The notes under the pieces are model-generated. The model had not been told where the DNA came from and did no database searches. It worked only from the letters and a program-made list of their open reading frames with translations. A program made the position numbers and the translations under genes. A stretch of 64,000 nt of DNA from a virus. Positions 49,702 to 59,624 of this stretch are shown piece after piece (position 1 is the first letter of the stretch; every line of letters begins with the position of its first letter). Where the stretch lies: the IMG/VR virus record IMGVR_UViG_3300008450_000004, positions 1 to 64,000 of that record, one strand, 5' to 3'.

Positions 49702-50370
49702 ATGATAATTATATATGTTTTAGAAAAAAATAATGTTCCTTTTTATGTAGGTAAATGTAATAATATTAATGTAAGATTTTGTCAACATAAAAAAACATAT
49801 GGTTTGGATATTAATATTAAAGTACTGGAGTTAGTAGATGATAAAGAATGGAAAGATAAAGAAAGATATTATATATTGTTACATGAATCTAAAGGATTTA
49901 AATTAGAAAATAAGAATAAAGGTGGAGGTGGTCCTACTAATTTAAATGATATATCTAGACAAAAAATAACAGATAGTAAAACAGGAAATCATTATAAATT
50001 AAAAAATATTCCTGAAGGAGAAATAGAAAAATTATATGAATATAATAATATCCAACAAATATCAGAATTATTAAATTTAACATTTCCTACTGTAAAAAAA
50101 TATCTAATAAATAAAAATATTTATATTAAGTATAAAAATAAACCTTCCATAAATGAAGAAACAAAAAGAAATTTTAAAAATAGAAAACATAGAGATGGAA
50201 AACCAATAATTCAATTAGATAAAAATAATAATATAATTAATGATTTTAATAGTATATCTGAAGCATGTATATATCTTAATAAACCAAAACGAGAAGGAGA
50301 TATAACAGCTGCTTGTCAAGGTAAACAAAAAACAGCTTTTGGATATAAATGGAAATATAAAGAAAAATAA
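49702..50370 (+). mobile_element. GIY-YIG homing endonuclease with NUMOD1
   Basis: IIYVL..FYVGK..R; NKNKGGGG; CQGKQKTAFGYKWKY. Confidence 0.85.
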
Positions 50371-50380
50371 GATAAATAAA

Positions 50381-50572
50381 ATGGAAAAAATAGAAATAAT
50401 CAAAACATTTTTTATTAATTTTAATTATTTAAAAGATCAATTTGTTAATAGTCTGATGACATTAAATAATGAGAGACTTTTAGTTAATGAAATTAAAAAG
50501 AAACAATATTTAGTATCTGATACTAAACCTAATCCTGAGTTATTTGATAAATATAAAAAAATCATAAAATGA
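50381..50572 (+). CDS. hypothetical protein
   Basis: Likely start at 50381 after an A-rich leader; overlaps the next ATG. Confidence 0.45.
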   Translation: MEKIEIIKTFFINFNYLKDQFVNSLMTLNNERLLVNEIKKKQYLVSDTKPNPELFDKYKKIIK

Positions 50573-50967
50573 AGGAACAACTAATTAATTGCCCACGTTG
50601 TAATTCAAACGCATGCTCAGAAATGTCAGATGGAAATATAACCATCTGGCAATGTATGGGTTGTGGGTTTACATCTAACACCTTCTTAACAGAAGAGAAC
50701 TCAGTAAAGTATAAAGAAGTATTACCTGAATTGTATAAGGATCTTGAATTTATAGACGAAAAAGGATTACATTGGTACCCAACATCAGTAGCAATGGATG
50801 ATAAATCAATGGTATTTGCTGAAGGTATTTCTATAGAAAATTGGAAATGGTCTGCAGTACAATCGAAAGATGGTAAACCTGATATGACTACTAAAAAAGA
50901 ATTTGATGGAAATGATTTCCTTGAAGCTTTAGATTATGTAGGTTATTTTAAATCTAATTCAAAATAA
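50569..50967 (+). CDS. Zn-ribbon hypothetical protein
   Basis: CPRC..C..CMGCG and LPELYKDL motifs. Confidence 0.65.
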   Translation: MKEQLINCPRCNSNACSEMSDGNITIWQCMGCGFTSNTFLTEENSVKYKEVLPELYKDLEFIDEKGLHWYPTSVAMDDKSMVFAEGISIENWKWSAVQSKDGKPDMTTKKEFDGNDFLEALDYVGYFKSNSK

Positions 50968-50968
50968 T

Positions 50969-51340
50969 ATGACTCCTCAAGAATTTACTATCTGGCTAAA
51001 AGGATTTTTAGCTGCCATAACTCAAATTGAAAATCATCATGTAGCAAAGATTAAAGATACTTTGAAAACTGTAGGAGATAAAAAGGGCGTTCTTTTGAAT
51101 CCTGAATATCCATGTATGCCAGTTACTCCTAATGCTCCTGATGTATCTAATGAAAAATTAGTTCCATATAATACTATTTGCGGATGTAACCCAACAAATG
51201 GTGGTAGTGGTATTTGCGGATGTATAATGGGTAATAAACTAGTACCTAGAAATAGCAAATCTAATATATACACTACTACAACTGATAATATTCCTTTTAA
51301 TTGGCAATACGAAAATTCTAAACAAATTCTAAACGATTAA
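50969..51340 (+). CDS. hypothetical protein
   Basis: MTPQEFTIWLKGF N-terminus; CGCNP..GGSGICGC motif. Confidence 0.6.
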   Translation: MTPQEFTIWLKGFLAAITQIENHHVAKIKDTLKTVGDKKGVLLNPEYPCMPVTPNAPDVSNEKLVPYNTICGCNPTNGGSGICGCIMGNKLVPRNSKSNIYTTTTDNIPFNWQYENSKQILND

Positions 51341-51345
51341 GTTTT

Positions 51346-51888
51346 ATGAAAATAAGTTATGGTATCACAGTATGTGATGAATATGAGGAATTAGATCACT
51401 TACTTTATAGTATGCATCCTCTATTAGAAGATAGCGATGAAATAATAATTTTACGCGATATAAGCAAGACAAATTCTAAAGTCACCAAAGTCATTGAATC
51501 CCATAGAGATATATATAAAAATCAACTTATAGTAGTAGAAGCTCGTTTAAATAATGACTTTGCTACATTTAAAAATCAATTATTAACTTGGGCTACTGGT
51601 GATTATCTATTTCAAATTGATGCTGATGAAACCCCTAACCCAATATTAATTGGAAATCTAAAATCAATATTAGAAGCAAATAAAGAGATTGATTGTTATT
51701 ACATTCCACGAATTAATGTTGTGTGGGGGTTAACTCAAGACCATATTCAAAAATGGGGTTGGAAAATATCTAAATTAGAAAACCATACCTCAGAAGATAT
51801 ACTAGATTTAGATAATCCTAAAGATAGAGATAGATATGAACTTTACAAAAAATATAATTTAATTATTGAAGAAAGTAAACTTTCCTGA
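51346..51888 (+). CDS. GT2 glycosyltransferase, N-terminal part of a split gene
   Basis: ISYGITVCDE, DFATFKN, FQIDADE (DXD) and PRIN..KWGW. Confidence 0.85.
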   Translation: MKISYGITVCDEYEELDHLLYSMHPLLEDSDEIIILRDISKTNSKVTKVIESHRDIYKNQLIVVEARLNNDFATFKNQLLTWATGDYLFQIDADETPNPILIGNLKSILEANKEIDCYYIPRINVVWGLTQDHIQKWGWKISKLENHTSEDILDLDNPKDRDRYELYKKYNLIIEESKLS

Positions 51889-51918
51889 TATTTATAATAA
51901 ATAATATCTGGGTAATTT

Positions 51919-52575
51919 ATGAAATCTTATATATATTCTTATTTTGATAAGAAAAAACAAAAAATTTGTTATGTAGGTAAAACTAATGGTAATGAAAAAA
52001 CATATAGAACTGGGAGTAAAATATTGAAACGTTATATATCTTTATATGGATATGATGTTTTTGATAATAGGTTTGATAGAAATGTTATTGAATATTATTC
52101 TATAGAACAGTTAGATAAAAGAGAAGAATATTGGATTGAATATTATGATACTTTTAATAATGGTTTAAATTTAACAAAAGGAGGTAGATATGATTGGAAA
52201 CGGAGTTATTTTAAACCTGTATTACAATATGATTTAAAAGGTAACTTTATTAAAGAATGGGAATGTGGAAAATGGGCAGCTATAGAATTAAAAATACAAA
52301 TTGACGGTATTAGTGCTTGCTGTATGGGAAAACAAAAAACAGCGGGAGGTTATATTTGGATGCATAAAACAAAGAAAACAATAATACAATATATAACCCC
52401 AATTGTAAGAAAACAATATAAAAATAAGGTTACTCGGATTAAAAATCAAGCAATAGAAATAGAAAACAAACAATACAAAAGTATTACCCAGGCTGCAAAA
52501 GATTTAAATATGACCTTTGGTAAATTAAATGGAAAAATAAAAAATAATCAAATTAAGTATAAATGGCTAAAATAA
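51919..52575 (+). mobile_element. GIY-YIG homing endonuclease inserted within the GT2 gene
   Basis: YIYSY..YVGKT..Y.TGS; E..WI; NLTKGG; NUMOD1 CCMGKQKTAGGYIW. Confidence 0.88.
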
Positions 52576-52793
52576 AAATTAAATATTACGAACCAATAAT
52601 AAATTGGTGTGACCCCCAAATGCGCCTATTTAAATTAAATCAAGGTATTAAGTGGAAAAATAAAGTTCATGAAGTGTTGGAAGGACACAGTACCCTTAGT
52701 ACATTACCATATGATACAGAAGATTTTTGTTTATATCATATTAAATCAATAGAAAAACAGGAAAAACAAAATAATTTTTATAATACTATTTAA
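52563..52793 (+). CDS. GT2 glycosyltransferase, C-terminal part
   Basis: NWCDPQMRLFK..W..KVHE..LYH.K..KQEKQN..Y resembles the usual GT2 C-terminus. Confidence 0.8.
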   Translation: MAKIKIKYYEPIINWCDPQMRLFKLNQGIKWKNKVHEVLEGHSTLSTLPYDTEDFCLYHIKSIEKQEKQNNFYNTI

Positions 52794-52795
52794 TT

Positions 52796-53434
52796 ATGGC
52801 AAACGGAATTTATAAAGTAACAGAAGATTTTGAAACAGCATTAGGAAAATATACTGGTGCTCCTTATGTTATAACTGTTGATAATCAATCAAATGCTCTA
52901 TTTTTAGCATTGATGTATGAAAATGTTAAAGGAAAAGAAATTACTATTCCTTGTCGTACATACCCCTCAGTACCTTGTGAAATAATTCATGCCGGTGCTA
53001 AAGTAAATTTCAAACCAGTTAAAGGCACTACAATCAAAGGAGCATACCAGTTAGAACCAACCAACGTTTGGGATTCAGCATTATCATTTACTGCGGATAT
53101 GTACAAACCTGGTACTCATATGTGTGTTTCATTTACAGGTCCCTATAAACATTTTAAATTATCCAAAGGAGGAGCTATATTGACTGATAATGAAGAAGCA
53201 TATCTTTGGTTTAAAAGAGCAAGATACTCAGGACGTAGAGAGTGTTCATATCATGAAGATAATCTTGATATGATAGGTTGGAATTTTTATATGATGCCTG
53301 AATTAGCTGCTAGAGGATTACTTTTAATTGGACAGTTTTATAATATGGATGGTACTAAAAAACATAATGCTGATTTAGAATTACCATACCCAGATTTATC
53401 ACAATTTGAAGTTTATATAAAAGCTAATAGATGA
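52796..53434 (+). CDS. short DegT/DnrJ/EryC1/StrS-family PLP sugar aminotransferase
   Basis: FE..L..Y.G..Y, WDSA, SFTGPYKH..GGAILTD and GWNFYM motifs. Confidence 0.8.
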   Translation: MANGIYKVTEDFETALGKYTGAPYVITVDNQSNALFLALMYENVKGKEITIPCRTYPSVPCEIIHAGAKVNFKPVKGTTIKGAYQLEPTNVWDSALSFTADMYKPGTHMCVSFTGPYKHFKLSKGGAILTDNEEAYLWFKRARYSGRRECSYHEDNLDMIGWNFYMMPELAARGLLLIGQFYNMDGTKKHNADLELPYPDLSQFEVYIKANR

Positions 53435-54312
53435 AAAATAAAGTAGTTATACAAATATTCCCTATGGTAAATGAAATAGATTACCTAGAACGAACTTTAT
53501 TATTACTTAAACAATCGTCAGTATACGTAGACAAAGAAAAATTTCATATTATACTAGACATAACACTCCCCACATCAGATTATCTTACAAATTGGAATGA
53601 TTCTATTTTAAAACAAGATTATTTTATTAATAAATTTAAAAATCTTGAAAAATACGCTGATTGGTGTGATGAATATTATTTTAATGTAGATGATAAAGTA
53701 AAAGGATGTGTAGATTGTTGTATAAACAATATCTACAAGTATCCTAATGTAGATGATATGATATGGTTAGATATAGATATAGTATTTAATCCTTATACGT
53801 TAAATTTAGTTTTAGAATCATCTTTAGAAGTTAAACAAATTCAACAAAATTATATTATTACTCCTGAGTATGTTAAATTATGGGATAGTACCTGGGATTC
53901 TGTAGTTAGTGATACTTTTATGAATGAACCATATGGTTATGAAAAAACTAATGATTCTATAATTGATACTATTACTACCTATGGTGATATAACCCTGGAA
54001 TCATCTGGGGTGTATAAATGGGGTGGTTCTTGGTTTACTTTATATTCTAAAAAATTACTAGACTACATCCAGTTTCCTAGAGACATAGAAGGATACAGTC
54101 CTATAGATACTTTTATAATGGAGTGCTGCAAATACATTCCTAATACTACTCAATATAAAATAAAAAATCTTGTAGTAGCCGAAGATTATAAATACATTGA
54201 TAGAACATTATATAGCACCTATTTAAAATCTATCAATAGAAAACAAGATCTATCTCAGATAGGATGGGATAAAATGGTTAATCATCTAAAAAATAATATA
54301 CTTAAACGATGA
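53431..54312 (+). CDS. putative GT-A glycosyltransferase
   Basis: WLDIDIVF (DXD), KLWDSTWD and GYSPIDTF. Confidence 0.6.
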   Translation: MKNKVVIQIFPMVNEIDYLERTLLLLKQSSVYVDKEKFHIILDITLPTSDYLTNWNDSILKQDYFINKFKNLEKYADWCDEYYFNVDDKVKGCVDCCINNIYKYPNVDDMIWLDIDIVFNPYTLNLVLESSLEVKQIQQNYIITPEYVKLWDSTWDSVVSDTFMNEPYGYEKTNDSIIDTITTYGDITLESSGVYKWGGSWFTLYSKKLLDYIQFPRDIEGYSPIDTFIMECCKYIPNTTQYKIKNLVVAEDYKYIDRTLYSTYLKSINRKQDLSQIGWDKMVNHLKNNILKR

Positions 54313-54896
54313 AAAGAGCATTAATAGGAGCAGGAGGTCATGCACAAGAAGTAAGAGCACATATGGGTGATTTTACTATGAAATGCTTTGTAGATGATCA
54401 ATATTGGGAATTAAATAAAGATTATATTTTTCCTTTATCTAAATTTGATCCTAATGAATATGAAGTACTAGTTGCTGTAAGTAATAGTAAAGATAGATAT
54501 AACATAGTTAATAAATTACCCAAGGAAACAAAATACTTTACATACATTCACCCTTCAGCTCAAATATTATCTCCAGTTAGTATAGGAGAAGGTTCATTTG
54601 TAGGAGCTAATTGTATTTTAACTTATAATATAACCATAGGTAAACATGCTATATTAAACAGAGCAATTCATGTTGGACATGATTGTAAAATAGGTAATTA
54701 CTTTAGCGCTATGCCTGGATCTATAGTATCAGGTAATGTAACAATACAAGATTATGTCTATTTAGGTACCAATTCATCAATTAGAGAAAAATTATCAATC
54801 CATAATTCAGTAACAATAGGATTAAATTCCGGGGTAATAAAAAATATTGAAGAACCAGGGACATATGTTGGTGCTCCCGCTAAAAAAATAAAATAA
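54309..54896 (+). CDS. sugar N/O-acetyltransferase (PglD/NeuD-like)
   Basis: IGAGGHA, IHPSA, hexapeptide repeats, GHDC and VGAPAK. Confidence 0.9.
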   Translation: MKRALIGAGGHAQEVRAHMGDFTMKCFVDDQYWELNKDYIFPLSKFDPNEYEVLVAVSNSKDRYNIVNKLPKETKYFTYIHPSAQILSPVSIGEGSFVGANCILTYNITIGKHAILNRAIHVGHDCKIGNYFSAMPGSIVSGNVTIQDYVYLGTNSSIREKLSIHNSVTIGLNSGVIKNIEEPGTYVGAPAKKIK

Positions 54897-55792
54897 TGAA
54901 AATATTCGCTAATTTTCGATCAGCTGAAGAAGATGTAACATTTAATATACTAAAAGAAAAATTTAGTGATAAACCTATTACTTTCTTTTATGATTATATC
55001 CCTCAAAATATATCTGAACTACAATTAAATCCTTATAATTTTATTATGGTTCATGAACCAAATGAATTTTTTGGAATGCATAGTTGGGTAAAACAAAATC
55101 ATCATTTGTTTAATATAATATTAACATGGAATAGAGATATATTAGACAATTGTGAAAATGCTTATACATTTACTTGTAATTATCAACAAGATTCTCATGA
55201 ATATTATAACTCACTATTAAATACTGAAAAAATCTTTGAAGTATCATTTTTAAGTGGTACCAAAACTATATCAGATGGACATAAATTTAGAAATGAATTA
55301 TATCAAATAAAAGATCAAATTCTTATACCTAAAAAATGGTTTTACGTACTAGAAGATTTTGATACAGAACATAATGTTAGACCAGGATATAATGAATACT
55401 CCAAAGATCTATCTCATTTACCAGAACATCTAAAAAAGATTCCTCAAGTATATGGTAAAAGAATATGTTATGATAAACCAATGTTTCATGTTTGCGTTGA
55501 AAATGTAAAACAAGATAATTGGTATACTGAAAAAATAGGAGAAGCTTTTTGTACTAAAACAGTCCCAATTTACTGGGGTTGTTCGAATATAGGGGATTAT
55601 TATGATTCAAGAGGTATCATTACATTTGATACTAAAGAAGAATTAATAGACATAGTTAATAATTTAACTCCTGAAAAATATTATAAAATGAAACCATATG
55701 TTGATTTTAATTTTGAAGTTGCATTACATGATTCATTTACAAGTAAACTAGTTATGTTTTTTGAAGAAATAACTAAAATTAATAATATCTAA
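54896..55792 (+). CDS. GT10-like (fucosyltransferase-type) glycosyltransferase
   Basis: FHVCVEN..WYTEKI.EAF..TVPIYWG. Confidence 0.78.
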   Translation: MKIFANFRSAEEDVTFNILKEKFSDKPITFFYDYIPQNISELQLNPYNFIMVHEPNEFFGMHSWVKQNHHLFNIILTWNRDILDNCENAYTFTCNYQQDSHEYYNSLLNTEKIFEVSFLSGTKTISDGHKFRNELYQIKDQILIPKKWFYVLEDFDTEHNVRPGYNEYSKDLSHLPEHLKKIPQVYGKRICYDKPMFHVCVENVKQDNWYTEKIGEAFCTKTVPIYWGCSNIGDYYDSRGIITFDTKEELIDIVNNLTPEKYYKMKPYVDFNFEVALHDSFTSKLVMFFEEITKINNI

Positions 55793-55805
55793 ACAATAAA
55801 AATAT

Positions 55806-56540
55806 ATGACCTCTATTAAAAAATTAACCATTGAAACTACAGAATCTACATCTGAATTATGCCATATAATGGCTTCTTATAAAACAGATAAGTCCCCATT
55901 AGTAAGTCCTCTTCTTGGGCGCCTTGAAAATGATAATCGAAACTTTATGGTTGACGATTACTTTTATCCATCTGCTGAATATGCACACGCCTATACTGGT
56001 GTTTATGATTTCTTATTTTCTCCTTTTAGAAATAAAAAAATAAAATTAGGTGAAATAGGAGTTCATTTTAATCACTCAATACGAGGATGGAGAGAATGGT
56101 TTCCTAATGCTGAAATTCACGGATTTGAATGGGTAGAACAGTTTATAACAAATGCTAGAGCTGAGAATATACCTAATGTTTATTATCATTATACAAATGT
56201 ATTTGAAAAAGATGCTATTGATAAATCAATGATTGAAGCTGGGGGTGGGTTTGATATTATTATTGAAGACAGTTGCCATCTTTTAGAAACTCAAGTAAAT
56301 GTTGTAGAAACAGCACACAAATATCTCAATCCAGGAGGAATATTAATTATTGAAGACATCTACCCCATTATAAAAAATAAAGATGATAGAGGCCATGGAG
56401 ATTACTTAGAAGAAGAATTCTCAGATGCTATAGAACCATTTAAACAATATTATTCTAATATTATATTTGTAAATGCTCAGCATAAATACAAATATACTGG
56501 ATTATATGGAGATGTTAGAATGTTAGTTTTGTACAAATAA
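55806..56540 (+). CDS. class I SAM methyltransferase (sugar O-methyltransferase-like)
   Basis: TDK, H.Y..Y, EIGV..S..W, FDIIIEDSCH and LNPGG.LIIED motifs. Confidence 0.78.
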   Translation: MTSIKKLTIETTESTSELCHIMASYKTDKSPLVSPLLGRLENDNRNFMVDDYFYPSAEYAHAYTGVYDFLFSPFRNKKIKLGEIGVHFNHSIRGWREWFPNAEIHGFEWVEQFITNARAENIPNVYYHYTNVFEKDAIDKSMIEAGGGFDIIIEDSCHLLETQVNVVETAHKYLNPGGILIIEDIYPIIKNKDDRGHGDYLEEEFSDAIEPFKQYYSNIIFVNAQHKYKYTGLYGDVRMLVLYK

Positions 56541-56553
56541 AAATAAATAAAAA

Positions 56554-57492
56554 ATGAAAAAAGTTTTAATTACAGGAGGAGCTGGTTATTTAGGCTCCGT
56601 ATTAACAGAGGTATTATTAAATAAGGGATACCAAGTAACAGTAATAGATAATATTACATATAAACAAACATCAGTAGCACCTTTTACTTATAACAAAAAT
56701 TTTAAATTTGTTTTAGGTGATGTTAGAGATGAAAATTTACTATCATCATTAGTAACAACACATGATATTATTATTCCATTAGCTGCTATTGTAGGAATGC
56801 CAGCGTGTGAAGCTAATCCTCAATTAACTATTGATGTTAATTACAAACAAGTAAAAAACATTACAAAATGGGTTACCAAAGATCAAGTAGTATTAATCCC
56901 TAATACTAATAGTCAATACGGTTCATCAACTGAAATTATTACAGAAGATTCACCATTTAAACCACTTTCATTATATGCTGAAACTAAATGCGATGCTGAA
57001 AAAGCAGTATTAGATTCAGGTAATGGAATTGCTTTAAGATTAGCAACAGTATTTGGTATGTCATATAGAATGAGAATGGATTTATTAGTCAATGATTTTG
57101 TTTATAAGGCAGTAACAGATGGTTATTTAGTATTATTTGAATCTCATTTTATTCGTAACTACATTCATATTAGAGATATTGCTAATACATTCTTATTTAT
57201 GATTGAAAACTATGAAAAATGTAATAACAATGCCTTTAATGTTGGATTAACCTCAGCTAATTGTACTAAATTAGAATTAGCTCATAAAATCCAAAAATTC
57301 GTTCCTGATTTGGTTATTGTTGAAAATAATTTTAAGCAAGATTTTGATCAAAGAAATTATATGGTTTCAAATACTAAGTTGGAAAGTCAAGGTTGGGTAC
57401 CTACATTTACACTTGAAGATGGTATTGAAGAACTTATTAGTGGATACAAATTAATTACTAAATTTAAAAACAAAGACTTTACAAACTTATAA
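56554..57492 (+). CDS. NAD-dependent sugar epimerase/reductase (extended SDR)
   Basis: ITGGAGYLG, YAETK and RNYIHIRD. Confidence 0.92.
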   Translation: MKKVLITGGAGYLGSVLTEVLLNKGYQVTVIDNITYKQTSVAPFTYNKNFKFVLGDVRDENLLSSLVTTHDIIIPLAAIVGMPACEANPQLTIDVNYKQVKNITKWVTKDQVVLIPNTNSQYGSSTEIITEDSPFKPLSLYAETKCDAEKAVLDSGNGIALRLATVFGMSYRMRMDLLVNDFVYKAVTDGYLVLFESHFIRNYIHIRDIANTFLFMIENYEKCNNNAFNVGLTSANCTKLELAHKIQKFVPDLVIVENNFKQDFDQRNYMVSNTKLESQGWVPTFTLEDGIEELISGYKLITKFKNKDFTNL

Positions 57493-59033
57493 TGGATGTT
57501 TTATTTATAACCCCCGGAAACGCTAGTGGTATTTACCAAAATTTAGCAAATGATTATGCTGCTATTGAACCACCAACATGGGCTTTACTATTAGCCGAAT
57601 CTTGCCGATCAGTAGGGTATAAAGTAGGGTTAATAGATATTAATGCTGAACAGTTAGATAAAGATGAGGTAATAAATAGAATTAATACTTTTCAACCCCG
57701 TTTAATTTGTTTTGTAGTTTATGGACAGAATGTAAACGCAGGCACCGTAAATATGAGCGGTGCTACGTTTATGTCTAAGTATATTAAAGAAAAAAACATT
57801 AATATTCCTATTAGTTACTTAGGATCTTATCTTCAAGCATTGCCTATTAAAGCTATGAATGATGAACAATCAATTGATTTTGCTTTTACTAATGAAGGTG
57901 TTTATGCATTACGTAATGTACTCTCTAGACCTAATTTCATGAATGAATTGAGTGATATTAAAGGTATAATATGGAGAGACAATAATATTCCTAAAATAAA
58001 TCTATCTGAAATAGTAGTACCTAATGGAAAAATGGATACTGATCTTCCAGGCTATGCTTGGGATTTATTACCATTTAAAGAAAAACCACTTGATTTATAT
58101 AGAGCACCTATGTGGCATGCTGAGTATGATCAAAATAAGCGTTCACCATATGCTGCTATTCAAACCTCATTAGGGTGTCAATTTGGATGTGATTTCTGTA
58201 TGATTAATATATTAAATAGAAATAATGAAGATGAAATAGGTGTAGCTGGTAACTATAGTAATATGCGTCACTGGTCACCTGAGTTTATTATAAAAGAATT
58301 TGATAAATTAGTTGAATTAGGGGTACATACAATTAAAATAACAGATGAAATGTTTTTACTTAATAGGAAATATTATGTTCCTTTATGTGAAATGCTTCGA
58401 GATAGAGGATATGGTAAATTTTTAAGAATGTGGGCTTATTCACGTGTTGATACAATTAAACATCCTGATTTACTTAAATTAGTAAGAGAAGCTGGTATTA
58501 AGTGGTTGGCATTAGGGATTGAAAGTGGTGATAAAACAGTACGTTTGGAAGTATCTAAAGGTAGATTTGAAGATGTTGATATTGATAAAGTAATCCAACA
58601 TGTTCATGATGCTGATATTGAAGTAATGGCCAACTATATCTTTGGACTCCCAGGCGATAATAAAGAAAGCATGCAGAAAACCTTGGATTTGTCAAAGGAA
58701 TTATGTACATTCGGGTGGAATGCATATGCTGCTATGGCACTACCAGGAAGTAAATTATATAAAGAAGCTATTGATAAAGGAATCCCATTACCTGATACCT
58801 ATGAAGGATTCTCATTTCATGGTTACAATACATTCCCTTTACCTACAGAAACACTAACAGCAGCTGAAGTATTGGAATTTAGAGATAAAGCATTTGATGA
58901 ATATCACTCATATCCTCCGTTTTTAGAAAAAATTAAAAATAAATTTGGTTCTATAGCAGTTGATAATATTAATAAAATGTTACAAATTAAACTAACACGT
59001 AAAATTATAGAAAATGAAAAATCTTCTAACTAA
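57492..59033 (+). CDS. cobalamin-binding radical SAM enzyme (class B methylase-like)
   Basis: N-terminal B12-binding-like domain; CQFGCDFC; GIESG; IFGLPGD. Confidence 0.88.
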   Translation: MDVLFITPGNASGIYQNLANDYAAIEPPTWALLLAESCRSVGYKVGLIDINAEQLDKDEVINRINTFQPRLICFVVYGQNVNAGTVNMSGATFMSKYIKEKNINIPISYLGSYLQALPIKAMNDEQSIDFAFTNEGVYALRNVLSRPNFMNELSDIKGIIWRDNNIPKINLSEIVVPNGKMDTDLPGYAWDLLPFKEKPLDLYRAPMWHAEYDQNKRSPYAAIQTSLGCQFGCDFCMINILNRNNEDEIGVAGNYSNMRHWSPEFIIKEFDKLVELGVHTIKITDEMFLLNRKYYVPLCEMLRDRGYGKFLRMWAYSRVDTIKHPDLLKLVREAGIKWLALGIESGDKTVRLEVSKGRFEDVDIDKVIQHVHDADIEVMANYIFGLPGDNKESMQKTLDLSKELCTFGWNAYAAMALPGSKLYKEAIDKGIPLPDTYEGFSFHGYNTFPLPTETLTAAEVLEFRDKAFDEYHSYPPFLEKIKNKFGSIAVDNINKMLQIKLTRKIIENEKSSN

Positions 59034-59622
59034 AGAACAATTAATTGCTTTTGAAACAGATATAGCAGATTGTTTTAATAATGCTATGATAAAAGCTCCT
59101 GTTCATCTATATGATGGAAATGAAGAACAAATGATTGATATTTTTAAAAAAGTCCAATCAGATGATTGGGTTTTTTGTACTTGGCGTTCACACTATCAAT
59201 GTTTATTAAAAGGTGTACCTCAAGAACAAGTTAAAAAAGATATTATAGATGGAAAATCTATTACATTATGTTATCCTGAATATAATGTATATTCATCTGC
59301 TATAGTAACAGGAAATATTCCTATTGCTACTGGTGTTGCTTTAGATATTAAACGTAAAAAAGGAACTAATCATGTTTGGTGTTTTGTAGGAGACATGACA
59401 TCTGAAACAGGTACTTTTTTTGAAAATTGGAAATATGCTGTTAATTATGATTTACCTATTACGTATGTAATTGAAGACAACAGCAAATCAGTTTGTACTG
59501 AAACTAAAAAAACATGGAACTCAGATAACTTGTTTTTTTCTAATGAAACAAGAAAAATTATTTATTATCAATACGAAACAAAATACCCTCACGCAGGTGC
59601 TGGTAAAAGAATCCAATTTTAA
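59014..59622 (+). CDS. TPP-dependent enzyme, E1 alpha-like subunit
   Basis: HLYDGNEE, WRSH, SAIV and GD..E..N TPP motif. Confidence 0.85.
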   Translation: MKNLLTKEQLIAFETDIADCFNNAMIKAPVHLYDGNEEQMIDIFKKVQSDDWVFCTWRSHYQCLLKGVPQEQVKKDIIDGKSITLCYPEYNVYSSAIVTGNIPIATGVALDIKRKKGTNHVWCFVGDMTSETGTFFENWKYAVNYDLPITYVIEDNSKSVCTETKKTWNSDNLFFSNETRKIIYYQYETKYPHAGAGKRIQF

Positions 59623-59624
59623 TT

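Noticed and set aside
51760-52600. Group I intron carrying the GIY-YIG gene in GT2
   Set aside because: Only 30 non-coding nt lie upstream, the downstream ORF overlaps the endonuclease, and no P7-type core is recognisable
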